Source: the human T2T-CHM13v2.0 reference genome, Homo sapiens. Taken from it: a DNA stretch of 64,000 nucleotides. Location: assembly GCF_009914755.1 (NCBI RefSeq), contig NC_060933.1; one strand, written 5' to 3'. A program made the translations under genes and the position numbers. Of this stretch, positions 17,745 through 32,310 are shown one piece after another (position 1 is the stretch's first letter; the number at the start of each line of letters is the position of its first letter). The notes under the pieces were generated by a model. It had not been told where the DNA came from. It searched no databases and saw nothing but the letters and a program-made list of their open reading frames with translations.

Positions 17745-18760
17745 AGCAGGAGCAAATCTAGATTTTGTGAGGTCTGAAGTATTTACACTTTTGTAAGGGA
17801 AAGGTGAGTACTCTTTAGTAAGAGGATTACTTAATAACTATGTCTTTAGAATGAAAAAAGTCACATTCTAAATTTCTTAAATATTAATATCACAAATGTT
17901 ACAAAATGCAAAAACAATATTTGTGACTGTCTGATACCCCTCTATATTATTTTTTCTATATTTTTTGGTCTGCATTCTTGACAACTGCTTCACAGAACAA
18001 CCATTTTGAAAAAGTGTTTCCAGAAGTGGATTTACCATCAAACTTGAGCTTCAGGACCTCTCACTCCCATGGGTCCCTTGCAAGGCCCTATACCAATCTT
18101 GTATTTTCCTCAATTCTCATTTAAAAAGAAAATAAAAAATGGTGTTTTTATAATTGTACATGTTGTACTATCAGGTTGTATTCCTGAGAAGAAAGACCTT
18201 CCATTTACTAGGCTTCAATGGGAACCAAATTTTCTACTTAGAGCTGACAATTGGACAAATTTTCCATGTTTGCTACTGACTCTGTGTGTTTCCCTCCATC
18301 ACTTACTCATTTACAATGTTGGGCTCTAAAAGACACGTTCATAGTGCAAGAAAATTCTTCCCCATATCTTCATGGCACAATGCTGGGTCAATTAACACAA
18401 CAGGCAATAGGAGTATTTCTAGAAACCATTCCCATATGAGGATACCTAGCCTAATTATCATTCTAAATAAACATTCACTGCGTACTTCCAGAAAGTGACT
18501 GGGAACCACATAAACACATCCTGTTAACCTCAAACTACCTGCATTCCCAATTCAACTTCCTCTAACTTGGATTCCCAACACTCATGGCCATTCCAATGCC
18601 ATCCTATATGAGAGAAGGAGTAGTAAAAGGGAAGTTGGAATGGAAAGAGACTGTGATCTTAAACAATATGTTTTCACTGTGATCTTAAACTATATGTCAT
18701 ACTTTTGCAAATTTTACAGAAACATATGACTTTGCAAATGGATGGCCCTAAAATTTAACC
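17745..18760. mobile_element. hAT-Tip100 (Zaphod/MER115-like) DNA transposon fragments
   Basis: gattttgtgaggtctgaag and gatttaccatcaaacttgagcttcaggacctctcac...aaggccctatacc resemble Zaphod/MER115 ends. Confidence 0.5.
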
Positions 18761-19478
18761 ATCATTCATTCCATGATAAAACTTCCTCTGATCGTGAGTC
18801 TTGATGTCTCCACACCTGCTCCCATGATGGAGGTGATGCCTTTGAGGAAATAGACTGCTATTAAGGTATCAAATAGAGTGAACTTCAGGAGTAGCATTTT
18901 GGCATTTCTAGCTTCCATGAATATTGTGATATGGATACTGCTCCAGACTTCAGAGGACACAAATTATTCATTCAGCTGTGGTTCACTCATATATCTATCA
19001 AGTTACCCCCAAAATACTCACTAAACCCTATCATCATTAAAAGACTATGCTAAGAGTTGTGGCTGATTGAAAAATAAGTAAGCCACAGTCCCTGCCCTGA
19101 AGGAACCTAGACTAGTAAAGAAGACAAAACATACATAAATCATAGTGCAAAGTAGACTGCACTGGAAGAGCAAAGGAAGTAGATGTCCAAGTTGGAGTTC
19201 AAATAACCAAACTGTGGGCTTATTCCTTTGAATAATTTTATAGCCTCTGATTCTGTTTCCTCATCTATAAAATCCGAGTGGTAATACTCGTCTCACAAGA
19301 CTACTATAAGGATTAAAGGAGATAAAGTTAAGCAAAATTGACTAAACACAAGGTTTTCTCTAAATATAACTCCCTAGAGGTAAAAAAAAAGTCTTATTCT
19401 TTTATGTACCTATTTATATTCTATTGCCTAATAAACCTCTGTTGAAAGTGGAATTATGAAAAACAGGTGAACGAGATA

Positions 19479-19509
<31 letters not shown>

Positions 19510-19574
19510 GATGCAAGGGCTTCCCAGAGCACATCTGCCCTTACCCAAAGCCTCAAAGAATATATTGGACATGG

Positions 19575-19775
19575 AAAAAAAAAAAAGAGGAAATGGTTGG
19601 CTCATGAAACTAAGAAATCCAAGGGCAAATTTAACTCTAGGTGGGCAGAGCCTTGGGATGCGAACAATATTCCCGGAACCAGTCTCTCTCCTTTGCTTGG
19701 CTCTGCTTTTCTTTGTGTTGGCTTTATTCCCAGGCAGCCTCTTCCCACACCATGGCAAAAGGTCACCTGCCCCTT
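19575..19775 (-). mobile_element. Old MLT1 (K-like) LTR fragment
   Basis: ttggctcatgaaactaagaaatccaagg...ctctgcttttctttgtgttggctttattcccaggcag. Confidence 0.6.
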
Positions 19776-20584
19776 CAGGTATAGTGAGCGCAAATCTGCA
19801 ATCTATGGTAGAAAGAATCTCAGATTTGGAATATGTAAATGAGCTCACCCCTGGAGATGGTTGGAAGGGTGGTATGCAAATGGGGGAGGCATTTAGCTTA
19901 ACTGTTGTCATGGGGACTGAGAATGCAAAAGGAGTGGATCCCTACAAAAAAATATCTCGGCAGCTAAGCAGAAGGAGGGAAAGAACTGCTGTGGAATTCT
20001 ACAAAGCACACTTCAGGTAGAGAAGAAAACGAGCAAAAGCACAAATGTTTACTGAGCACATACTGCCCTGGTGTCTGGGAGGATCCAAAGATTTGATTCT
20101 GGCCTCAAGCAGGGGAGGTAAGGCTTGTCTGAAAAATAAACAACCATAATCCAAGGTAGGAAGTGAGTAAAGCCCTAAAAGGGTCGATAAATGCCATTCA
20201 TTCAGAGAAGGCTGAGAGCTCTCTGAGCTGGAAGGATTGGAAACTTTTCAGAAAAGGCGTAGCACCTGAATTGGATTTTGAAGGAGCTTGTAGGGAAAAT
20301 AGTGTTCATAAATCGCCTGAAAATTAAAATATCTCAAAACCAGCCCTAGCCTTGGGCTTTGAAGCTGTAGAATTATTTGAGGGTCTGCAGAATCAGAACA
20401 TTCAGTCATTTCTCACATCATCCTCATGGTCAAAGATTAAAGTGGAAACAGAGGCAGATAAGAAAGGTCACGGGGGTAGTTTGTGGCAAGAGCTACACTG
20501 CCTAGGCTAAAGTCCCCATTTTAAATGTTAAGTAATTGTATCTCCTTACATTTGTTCATTTATCAATGTAACTAGATCTCCTTC

Positions 20585-20905
20585 TTTCATTGAGGTAAAA
20601 TTCACATAACATAAAATTAACTATTTTAAAATGTACAATTCAGTGGCATTTAGTACATCCACACTGTTGTTCAATCATCACCTTTATCTAGTTCCAAAAC
20701 ATTGTCACCTCTCCAAAAGGAAAACAGTACCACTAAGCAGTCACTCCCTGCTACTCCAACCCCAACACCCCTAGCCTCTGGCAACCACTGACCTATTTTG
20801 TATTTCTGTGGATTTACCTATTCTGGATATTTCATACATATAGAATCACATAATGTACGATTTTTTTGTGTCTGGCTTTTTTCACTTAGTATATGTTCTT
20901 GAGGT
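20585..20905 (-). mobile_element. L1MB 3' end
   Basis: aaaatgtacaattcagtggcatttagtacatccacac...ggcaaccactgacc...tttacctattctggatatttcata. Confidence 0.8.
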
Positions 20906-21552
20906 TAACCAGAATTCTTTCAATATTCCTTTTCATATTGTATAACACTGAGCTATAAAGACCAACTCTATACCTAAACTCCATACCCCAGCAGCCCCCT
21001 TGTGATGGGTCTCCTACACCCAATGTCCACTGACTCTGACAGCCAATGTTTCGAGGGGCTATTTCTTAAGAACTCCTTAGGGTTCTTCTGTACTTACAAG
21101 GAAGTAGTTTACTTGATATATAATGACTGGTAAATTAGCTGGTTGATTGTTGAGTGCTTGTAGACTCCAAAGTAGATTCTTTGACAAAACAGAACTCTTT
21201 CCCCAAGAACAGTCAGTCAAGCATAAGAAATAGGCAGGCAGCAGGGTAAGGGAGCCTGACTTAGGACCAGCCCAGCCTTCCATCCTACCACAGCTTCTTA
21301 TCCGTTACCATGGAATTTAATATTTGGAAGAGTTCTTGGAGAACATTCATTTTTTAGATAATGAAACTGAGGCTCTAATAAGTTTTTTTTTAATTATCCA
21401 AGATCACACAGCTAGAGCATCAGAGCCCATATAAGAGCTCAGAAATTCTCAGGCTAGATTCAGCACTCTCTGATACAATATGGTGTCCAGTAGTTTTCTC
21501 TCTAGAAACAAGAATGAAATGTAAGAAAGCAGCAGGTTGAAAGAATACCTCT

Positions 21553-21698
21553 GGCCAGGTGCAGCAGTGCACGCCTCAGTCCCAGCTACGCGGGAGGCTG
21601 AGGCAGAAGGATCGCTTGAGCCCAGGAATTCGAGACTGCACTCTACCCTGGGTGACAGAGTGAGACCTTGTGTCAAAAAAAAAAAAGAAAGAAAGAAA
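21553..21698 (+). mobile_element. Alu monomer (FRAM/FLAM-like, internally deleted)
   Basis: Monomer with A tail; TSD aaagaa(t/a)acctct. Confidence 0.8.
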
Positions 21699-22489
21699 AC
21701 CTCTCTGGACTCTGGAAAAGCTGAGAGGAGTCCCGTTCAGTAATTTTTCAATCTGTACAAATAATAAAAGGGGGGACATTGCACTTCACAAGGAAAGAGA
21801 AGCCGGTATATCATAACTGAGAGCAATTTTGCTCTTAAATTATGAGCATATGAATGAATGGGCAATGCTTTCTATCATGTATAAATTTGGAGTTTCATTG
21901 GAGCTATTTTCCCCTGAGTGGGGTGCCTTCTTGTCAACATGGTCTATATCTTACTGCTTTATAGAAATGATGATCTGCATTCGACCATCTGATTTCAGAT
22001 TTGTTCCCAAGGGTACTGAAAGCAAATGACCCAGTAATGGGAGGGGGGTGAGGCTGGTGCCGAGGGGACAATATTTAGGATATAGCAGCACTGAGGGCAT
22101 CCCACCCATTCAGGAGCAACTAAGCTGCTCTTCTCCCTCTGCAAAAACACTGCTCGTAAATGGGAGCTCAGATCCTTCTAGGGAGAAATGCAAGCCTGTA
22201 AATACCATGTCAGGGTCTTTATTTTTTTTGTAACATAAAGTTAATGATGCTTAAAATATGCACAATATGTACCCCTGTGGAACACTGAATTATCTTGATG
22301 TCTGAACTTCTGAGGATGGCCTATAAAGAAAATAATTCAGAAGTGAGTAGAAATAGACAGAATTGTAGAATTGTAAAACGCAATTGGGGATTGCGGGGGA
22401 AGCCCCAAATGTATGTACCGCACAACAGAGGGGAAAGAAAAACAATGCTCAAATGTGCTCATCTTTGTTTTTTAATCTCGTCTTTAAAA

Positions 22490-23330
22490 GGCTGACTTCC
22501 TGGATTTTTGCCTTAGAGATTCATGAGCATTTCCTTGACATAATTTAGTTTTTCTTTTTAACTCAGGGGAAAAGCTGCTTTCATAAACAAGCCAACTGGA
22601 CTGTTTTCTCCCTGCAGAGGTACAACACTCAAACCCTCTCCAGCTGAAACAAACAAACAAACCAAAAAAAAGAGAAGAAGGAAAAAAAAACTTCTAACTA
22701 ATATTTAAGCTTTCAAAAGCAGGTTGGCTGCGAGCCTCACTAGGATAATCATTTGCACCCTCCTTCAGCCACATATAATACAGTCTTTATTCAGCAAATA
22801 GCAAAGTCGTTTCCCAGAAAGTCAAAGGTCAGTTTTTGCTGTATTAATAGCTGCTCTGGGAGGGTCAGTGTTGTGCTATCCTACATTTTTTCCAGGGCCT
22901 GGAGATGCAATTTCCTACAATCTGCAGGCAATTTCCCACCAATTTTCTTGGGGAGCTAATAGGCTGTGACAGGAGATGGAGCTAGCAAGCAGCAGGCGGC
23001 TTCAGAAAAGACAAATTGCATCTCTGCCACCTAACTGGGCAATCTAGATCGACAGAGTTTATAGCTTTGTAGTGTTATTGGGCCCCATGCTAACAGCAAA
23101 TCATTCACGCTGCTCGCCGAATTTCATATTCCCTTCCTTCTGAATTTGTTATTGCCACATATCACTTTGTAGCACTTTCCCTGGAAATTGCAGTAAAAAG
23201 GGGATCACATATATATTAGCGACTTCAATGTCTCTTAAATGGCTTACCAGAGATTATTAGCATTCAATAATTTCTGTCTACAGAGTTAGGGCTAAGCTGG
23301 TAATTTTTAAGTCATGGGGTGGGAATGTTG
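22490..23330. promoter_or_regulatory. Candidate distal enhancer / conserved non-coding element
   Basis: Repeat-free island with GAS, DR1, TGACAG, TTTCCCAC and paired ATGCAATTT motifs. Conservation not tested. Confidence 0.45.
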
Positions 23331-23381
23331 GAAGGAAGAAGGCACCATGCAACAGGTTGCAATCCTTTGGGTAGCAAATAG

Positions 23382-23688
<307 letters not shown>

Positions 23689-24536
23689 AAGACTCTTTCT
23701 TATATCTCCTCTGACCATGTTCTTGTGTACAGTGAAATGCATTTCAAAAAATAACATAAACATTTGCAAAATATGCTTGCAACACTGATTTATGCTTTGC
23801 CTAGAATGTTTCTTAAAAACAGTGGAAATGTTTTCATAGAATGAAATAGAAACATCTTTATTTTGTATTTAAATCTTCTTTCATATTACATAAATAATAC
23901 ATGTTCAACCTAAAAGATTTAGGATAGATAAGGGAAGGGGGGAGGTCTGATTAAAGAAAAAACATAATCATTGTACCAACTCAGGCATTTTTTAAAAACT
24001 TTATTTATAAAAGACCTACTCTGTGCCAGGCCTGGCACGTCCTGAGGTTTACAAAGATGAATAAGACAGGATCCCTGCTGCTGGGGATTTCACAGTCTAG
24101 TGGAGGAGACCAGCATATAAACAGATAAATTGCAAGATGTTGTGGCCACAGTTGCCTGGATGCTTCTTTTGAAGAAAGGGGGAAAAAACTGCCTACAAAA
24201 GTAAACTGAGGTGAGAAACAGAACAACTCAGATGGAATTAAACAGTGCAAGTAAATAAACAGCAGAGATTCAGTCAGGTCAGCTTTCCTCAAGTGGTTGT
24301 ATGTGAAGGGACTGATGGAAGCGTATGGAAATAGTAACCAATGCACTCTGTGATTATTTGCATCTAGGGACTGTCACTGGAAAAGCAGATCAACAGGAAT
24401 GTTTTGGACAACCTGATCTATGCTCTAAATTACTCTCACATTAGGATAATTGCACACTCGTGCCCTGGCATAAGGAGGCTGGAGTGAGTCTCAAGGTTAC
24501 AGGAGTCTACAAGAAGGGGTTAAGAGCAGAGTATGT

Positions 24537-24827
<291 letters not shown>

Positions 24828-26732
24828 GAGCAGAGTATGTGCCAGAGAGGAATGCAGAACCCCTTGCTAATCTTGTGAACCTCATTTCTAAATAATATCT
24901 ATCTTCAAAGAACTTAAAGAAGGCTGAGTTTTTTTTAAAGGAAGAAAGAAAATAAAAAACTAAAACCATCACTTCCTAAAGATTAGGAAGTACCTAATCT
25001 TCACAGGTTAATAAACACTGAGGCAGAAACACCTCTCATCTCTCTGAACTGGATTAGCCTCTGGAAAGAGTAGGTAGTCTCTGCTCTATTTGCTGATATT
25101 GCTGATACCTCTATAAAAAGTAGTATTATGGTGCTTTATTTTTGGCTCATTATCATACCAGTATGTGTAAGCAGTACACAAAAAAAGATCACCTCAAAGA
25201 GAAAAAGCAACAAGTTTTGGCATGGAAATTTTCAAACCTTGAGAGTTGCAGGGTTGATTTAAGCAGATTATCCTGGCTTGCTGGTGTGGAGGACAGGCAG
25301 GGGAGGTTTGCCCAAGCAGTAGAAAAGCAATAAGGTCTCTGCTCCAAACCATCTGTTCCACTCGCCGATTGTGGGATCTGAAGCTTCATCATCCATACTT
25401 ATTCCTATCCTGAAAACTTATTTTGATGATCATGAGTCTTGAAGACAGAATGTTTTTAATCTCAAAGTGTCCAGGGCTAGGCCCCTAATAATCCTCCATA
25501 AACACTGACTGACTAAGTAGAATGAAGAAGCCCTTAGCTAAAATGCTAATACTTTCTGGTATAAACCAGTCACTATCCATTTGCCCCTCACTTGAGGAGG
25601 TTCCAATTGAATAGGTCTCAGGAAAGACTCCTGGCATCTCCTGGCGGATTCTGCCACATAGCTAGGTTGAAAACCCCTGGGATAGGTATGGGGTGAGAGG
25701 AATGGAACGGACACCAAATGTATACCTCATAATGAATCTCTAAGAATGGCAATGACACACTGTAGAAAAAGCATAGGAATGAGCCCTCAATTTAAAGACC
25801 CACTTTAAATCTTACCAGCTATGGGCATTTAGCCAAGTGAACTAGTTGTGGCTTTGTTTCCTTGTCTGTTGCAGTGCAGGTGGATTACAGGAGGTAGTGC
25901 TTATGTAGCACCATGGAAGCAGCGCTTATGAAGAGGGTAATGCTTACTAACCTCAGCCATTATGACCAGCACTGGCAGAGCACCTTATACAGGGTACACT
26001 TACAGAAAGCCCCTCCTTCCTCTCCTCCTTCTACTCTTCCTCTTCCTATTCTGTTCATCATCCTCCTCCTCCATCTCCCAGGTTGGCAACGGATGCTCTG
26101 CTCCCCCTGCTTAAGCCACCCCCTAATATATGAAGTGCAAAGCTTCCCCCAGGTCTCAGGTATCACATGGAATCAGCCTAAGCACTGAGGTATAGTGTTT
26201 TCTCTTTGTTCTCCCTCTTCCCTTTCTCTGGCATTGCATGCCTCTTGGGCATAACTTCCAAATGGGTGAGCCATGATAGAATATTCTTGCTCCATGAATG
26301 GATGCAGTCAGTTCCTTCTTGTCATTTCTAGATAAAATGGTTTTGAATCAGATTCTGTACTATGCCTTATATGCTACATTCACTTCTCTTTCCATAAGTA
26401 ACAGAAAAGTGAACCCTATAGTTAATACCATTGGAAATAATATACAAAATGGCATCCTTTTGCCTTGAAAGAGTCAGAGGGCATCTCTGAGTGTTTTACT
26501 TGTTACTTCAAGAACAGGAATTAGGTCAGGGAGAATTTGGCTCATTAAATTTCCTTCAAAGATAAAGACAAGTTAAGGACTTGTCCAAGGTCACATAGCA
26601 TTTCATATATTCCTCAATCTCAAAATTAAAAGAAAAACTTATGGACACATTTTCATGACCTTCATAAACTTAGATAACAAGAAGTGCAGACTCTATAACT
26701 TTTCTCAGGGCATGTAAGAACTAGGAATGAAC

Positions 26733-27064
26733 AGCCGGGTGCAGTGGCTCATGCCTGGAATCCCAGCACTTTGGGAGGCCAAGGCAGGCGGACCACGAGG
26801 TCAGAAGATCAACACCACCCTGGCTAACACGGTGAAACCCCGTCTCTACTAAAAAATACAAAAAATTAGCTGGGCGTGGTGGCGGGCACCTGTAGTCCCA
26901 GCTACTCAGGAGGCTGAGGCAGGAGAATGGCGTGAACCCGGGAGGCGGAGCTTGCAGTGAGCCGAGATCACACCACTGCCTTCCAGCCTGGGCGACAGAG
27001 CAAGACTCCGTCTCAAAAAAAATAAAAATAAAAATAAAAATAAATACAATAAAATTTAAAAAAA
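26733..27064 (+). mobile_element. AluY
   Basis: TSD aagaactagga(a/g)tgaac. Confidence 0.95.
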
Positions 27065-28248
27065 GAACTAGGAGTGAACTTGTAGAGGTCATGATGAGAC
27101 AAAAAAAAGAACTTTCAGTTATGCTTACCCTTTAATACTAAATGCATATCAGTTACTAAATCTAAGAATATTTAGAAAGAAATGATATTGAATAAAATTA
27201 GCAAGGTTTGCAATTTTTCATGATATGAATAAATGAGATAGAATTAAAAATATTTCCTACTTAACACTGTCCAGTGGGAAAGAAAATTAGTTTATGCTTA
27301 GTATAAGGATACTTAAAATTTTACTATAATTCAGCCCTAAGGAATTTTTTAATTACCACAGTAATGAAAAATGTAAAATTACTACAAGCGTGTGTGCTGG
27401 GATCTTTCAACACCCACTCCTCAGCTTAAATCACTTGCCATTTTAATATCCAATTTCATAAATACAATATTTCCAAAATGTTTGGCCCTTCAGAACAAGG
27501 CAGGAGTGAATACATGATAACATCTAGCCATAACTTGCACTCAACAAGAAAAAAAAAAATGGCAATATCCATGGATTGTACAACTCCAACTGTGTTTAAA
27601 TGCCAGCCAGTCATTTCTTCATCAGGAGCAGTGACAAAATCACAAATTCCATTGCTGCTCTGTCTTCAGAATTGGGTCCAACAAATCAGAAATAACAACC
27701 TCCACTAGTTTGTGTGGTCTGGCAAAAGATTAAGCCAAAAAAATTAAATATTTTCCCAATCAGCAAATGTTCCTATGAATGGATTGGCCAACAACCCCAA
27801 GTGCATTTCTTTGAATTATATCTTACATGCAATCCCATTTTTTCCAGTGATCCATTAGTTAACCAGAAATACTGTACATATTTTAATGGGTTAGGGGACC
27901 TTAAGGGAATTGATGCATCTCAAATGAATGCCTCAGGGGACTCTGGTTTATTACATAGAAGATAATTCTTTCCTGAAAAGGAGCAAGCTTCATTTGAAAT
28001 TAAGATTTGGAGATCATAAATGGAATCAATTGAGCCAAGAAGTCTTTTGTAATGTATGGCCCATGGGAGACAAATAAGCCTTTGCAGCAGGTTATTCGAG
28101 TGGTGAGAGGAAAGGCTAGAGAGCGACACAAACCTCTTCTCCTACCTGCCTCTCATCAGAGCCTGTAAACACAACATTTTTTGAAGGAGACTTAAAGGAT
28201 TTTCCTGGTCAATGTGCTGCACTAAGAAGTTCTTTCTTCAAAGGGGCA

Positions 28249-28289
28249 GAGAGGGAGAGAGAGACTGAGAGAGAGAGAGAGAGAGAGAG
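28249..28289. repeat. (GA)n microsatellite
   Basis: Directly visible. Confidence 0.9.
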
Positions 28290-30435
28290 AATGAATGTTG
28301 GTTGTGTTCCAGAATATCTTGACGCAGTTAACCACAAAATAAGTTATTAGCTTATTGTAAGTGCAGCCAGTTTTAAAGTAATGGAGTAATCCACTGTGGA
28401 TTGCAGCAAGGAAGTGGAACAAAGGGTGTGAAATGAACAGATGGATTTGATTTTAAACAAATTAGGCCCATGACAAGGGATGTAACAAGTCATTTTTTAG
28501 TTTTCCATGCTATGGGTTAACTTTGCTTGTGACCTTTCCAGCCTGTGAGCTCATTATTCCTTTACCAGGAACTCAGACCTTTCTGGGAGAACAGCTTTCA
28601 TGCTCTGCAATTGTAAACTACTGTCTCTTGCTTCTACTAAACTGATCAAACGAGGCACTACAGAGACTGCCAAGACAGAATGCATGATTACTTAATCTTC
28701 AAACTATTTGTTCTCTTAATCTCGTACTCATTCTTGGCCACGTTGATAAATACAAGAACATATGTTCCGGAGGTGTCACACCTGTAACCCTGGGTTCTGA
28801 GAGCACTTGACAATCCCCTACTGGCATATCCATTCATGTGGCTGATACCTACTCCAGGCAGACTTGTGACATGGGCCATCTGTGTCCTTTCCACTCTTTC
28901 TTTAATCCCCCGTGTGCCTCCCTGTCCCAACTTCATGTGTTCAGTCACAGAAAACCACTGGAGATAGCCCTTCTGCAGTGAGGCACAGCCCTCCGCCAAG
29001 CCTGAACTCCCTCACAGGATCCACTGCCTCAAAACGTCTTACTGTCTTCTCACTGCCTCAGTAAAACCCTCTCTCCTTACTGCCAATGCCATCTAGAGCT
29101 TTGGACAGAATTGATAGGTGTATAGAAATTCACACTAAGGGGTGAATGATTGGCCCCTTGACCTAAATTACAAATCTCTTGACTCTTCCCTCTCCACAGA
29201 ACCACTAGGGTGAACGGTCTAAAATGATGATTCCCTGTGACCCACAGAAAATGTGAAAGTTCCCAACTTTACTCCTCCTGGATCCTCACCCTATTCAACC
29301 CAGCTCTGCCCAGACATCAACCCTGCTTCTCTCTCTTCTTGTCCCAGAACCCAGACTGACATGATTACCTTTCTTCTAAATCTTCTTAATCTAGAACACA
29401 CTTGCTCAGTCACAACTATTTAGCAAAATCTGAGGCCAAAATCTTAGTTCAAGCATTACCTCCTCTAGAAACTTCCCTGACTCACACCCACTCAAGCAAA
29501 GGTCGTGGCTTACTTTTGGTGTCAAAACCTTACCTAGTTCATGACAGCGACTCTCAGCAACATTCACTTGATTTCTGCAAATTCAGCCCTACCCAAATTG
29601 TTCCCTTAATTACCTCTAAAATGTGACTGACATGACACTTTTGTACGAACAAAAAAACAAGGTAATTCAGTGTGTGCGTAAATGCTATGCAATGAGAGTG
29701 TGTGGTAGAGAGACACCAACACAAAGAGGAGGCTTGCGATTTGTTCCTGTTCCCGGAATGAGGGATCCTGAAGCCATATCCTTCAGTCTTGTCCCCCAGT
29801 TAGATGCCAGGAGAAAGGCCTAAAGGGACTGAGGTGGGGGAGATGCTACAAGGATCCAGAGATTACATCAACCCTGACAGCCACTGGATGGACTGGCGAA
29901 GACTGCCTGCCATTTACTTCTTGCAGATTTGCCCTCCAGATCCCTCTCCTCCCTACAGAGAAGGCTTTGTCAGCCTAGCTCTGAGTTTGTGGTCATGCAG
30001 AATCCAGAAAATGTGTGGCAGGAAGAGTATGAGAGAGGCAACAGGAATGTGGAATGATAACTGCTTGCGGGATTGGTTCTCAGTTTCTTATTTCTGTGAA
30101 GAGAAGTAGCAGGGCAGAAAGAGCAAAACAAGAAGGTGAATGGGTCACAGGGAGTGAGGAGGGGGAGGGAAACTGAAAAGGTACAGGAGTCGGGTCTAAG
30201 AGATTCTTTAAGTTTAGCATGGGAGAGGTTTTGAGGCCCTTCAGGGGAGAAAAAACCTGAGCAACAGAGAAAGGGGTTGTTGGGAAGTGTTGCTGTGGAT
30301 TTCACAAAAACATAAAAGTTGACTTCATTCAAAATGGTGGTTGGCCCTGGGGTGTGGGTATTGACTGACTGAGAAGGGGCACAAAGGAGCCCTCTGTGGT
30401 TCTGGAAATGTTCTCTATCTTGATCTGGGAGGTGT

Positions 30436-30568
30436 AGGCGTGCCAGATAAAATACAGGATGCCCAGTTAAATATTTGGGACACATTAATACAAAAAATTA
30501 TTTGTTGTTTATCTGACATCAAATGTACCTGGCTGTCTTGTATTTTTGTTTGTTAAATCTGGCAACCT
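30436..30568. mobile_element. MER53 (hAT MITE), internally deleted
   Basis: Ends tgccagataaaatacaggatgcccagttaaat ... aaatctggcaacct. Confidence 0.8.
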
Positions 30569-30642
30569 GAGGGTGGTGGTTACATGGTATAGAACAGGTA
30601 ACCACCTGGGGGTGATTTTGCCCCTGCAGACATGATATAAAA

Positions 30643-30827
30643 TCAACTGGGGGTGATTTTGCCCCTGCAGACATTTGGCAATGTCTGAAGATATTTTTGG
30701 CTGTCACAACTGGGTGGGTATGCCGCTGGTACCCAGAGGGTGGAGGCCAGGGAGGCTGCTAAACATCCTGTATTGCACAGGACAGTCCCCCACAACAAAG
30801 AATTATCCAGCCCACACAGCAATAGTG
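30643..30827 (+). mobile_element. MER20 (hAT-Charlie)
   Basis: tcaactgggggtgattttgcccc...catttggcaatgtctgaagat...gctgctaaacatcct...cacaacaaagaattatccagccc. Confidence 0.85.
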
Positions 30828-31110
30828 TATACCTATGTAAAAACCCAGCAAGAAGACACTTGCTCGAAGCACCCTTGCTCTTTTTACTGTATGTATATTA
30901 TAATAAATAAACTTATGACAGAAATAATTCTAAACCAACAAAACTATTTACAGTATCAGAGACCTTAAAATGGGTTAAAAAAATGAATTAGATAATGGGA
31001 TAATGAATCTAAATAACATCAGAAAAAAAATGGACCTCATTTTTAACATTTGTTCATTGGAATGCACTTTAATAAATTTGAGTCCTTGAGGAGACTGAGC
31101 AATATGCACT

Positions 31111-31486
31111 TGATGTGGTTTGGCTCCGTGTCCCCACCCACATCTCATCTTGAATTATACTCCCATAATTCCCACGTGTTGTGGGAGGGACCCGGTGGGA
31201 GGTAATTGAATCATGGGGGCAGTTTCTCCCTTACTGTTCTCATGGTAGTGAGTAGGTCTCACGAGATCTGATGGTTTTATCAGGGGTTTCCACTTTTGCG
31301 TCTTCCTCATTCTCTCTTTGCCTGCTGCCATCCATGTAAGAGAGGACTTGCCCCTCCTTGTATTCCGCCGTGACTGTAAGGCTTCCCCAGCCACGTGGAA
31401 CTGTGAGTCCCACTAAACCTCTTTCTTTTGTAAATTGCCCAGTCTCAGGTATGTCTTTATCAGCAGCATGAAAATGGACTAATACA
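31111..31486 (+). mobile_element. THE1A/B solo LTR (MaLR)
   Basis: tgatgtggtttggc...ccccacccacatctcatcttgaatt...tttatcagcagcatgaaaatggactaataca. Confidence 0.9.
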
Positions 31487-31539
31487 CGGCTCCAGGATTT
31501 TTCGAGTTGCCTATTTTTTCAGTATTTACATAAGACCTC

Positions 31540-32310
<771 letters not shown>

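Noticed and set aside
19486-20020. Overlapping 169-aa and 141-aa ORFs, one with a hydrophobic stretch
   Set aside because: Largely within an old MLT1 LTR next to a poly(A) run; no recognisable protein family or splice structure.
29970-30485. 171-aa minus-strand ORF
   Set aside because: Runs through MER53 and L1ME sequence; no coding hallmarks.
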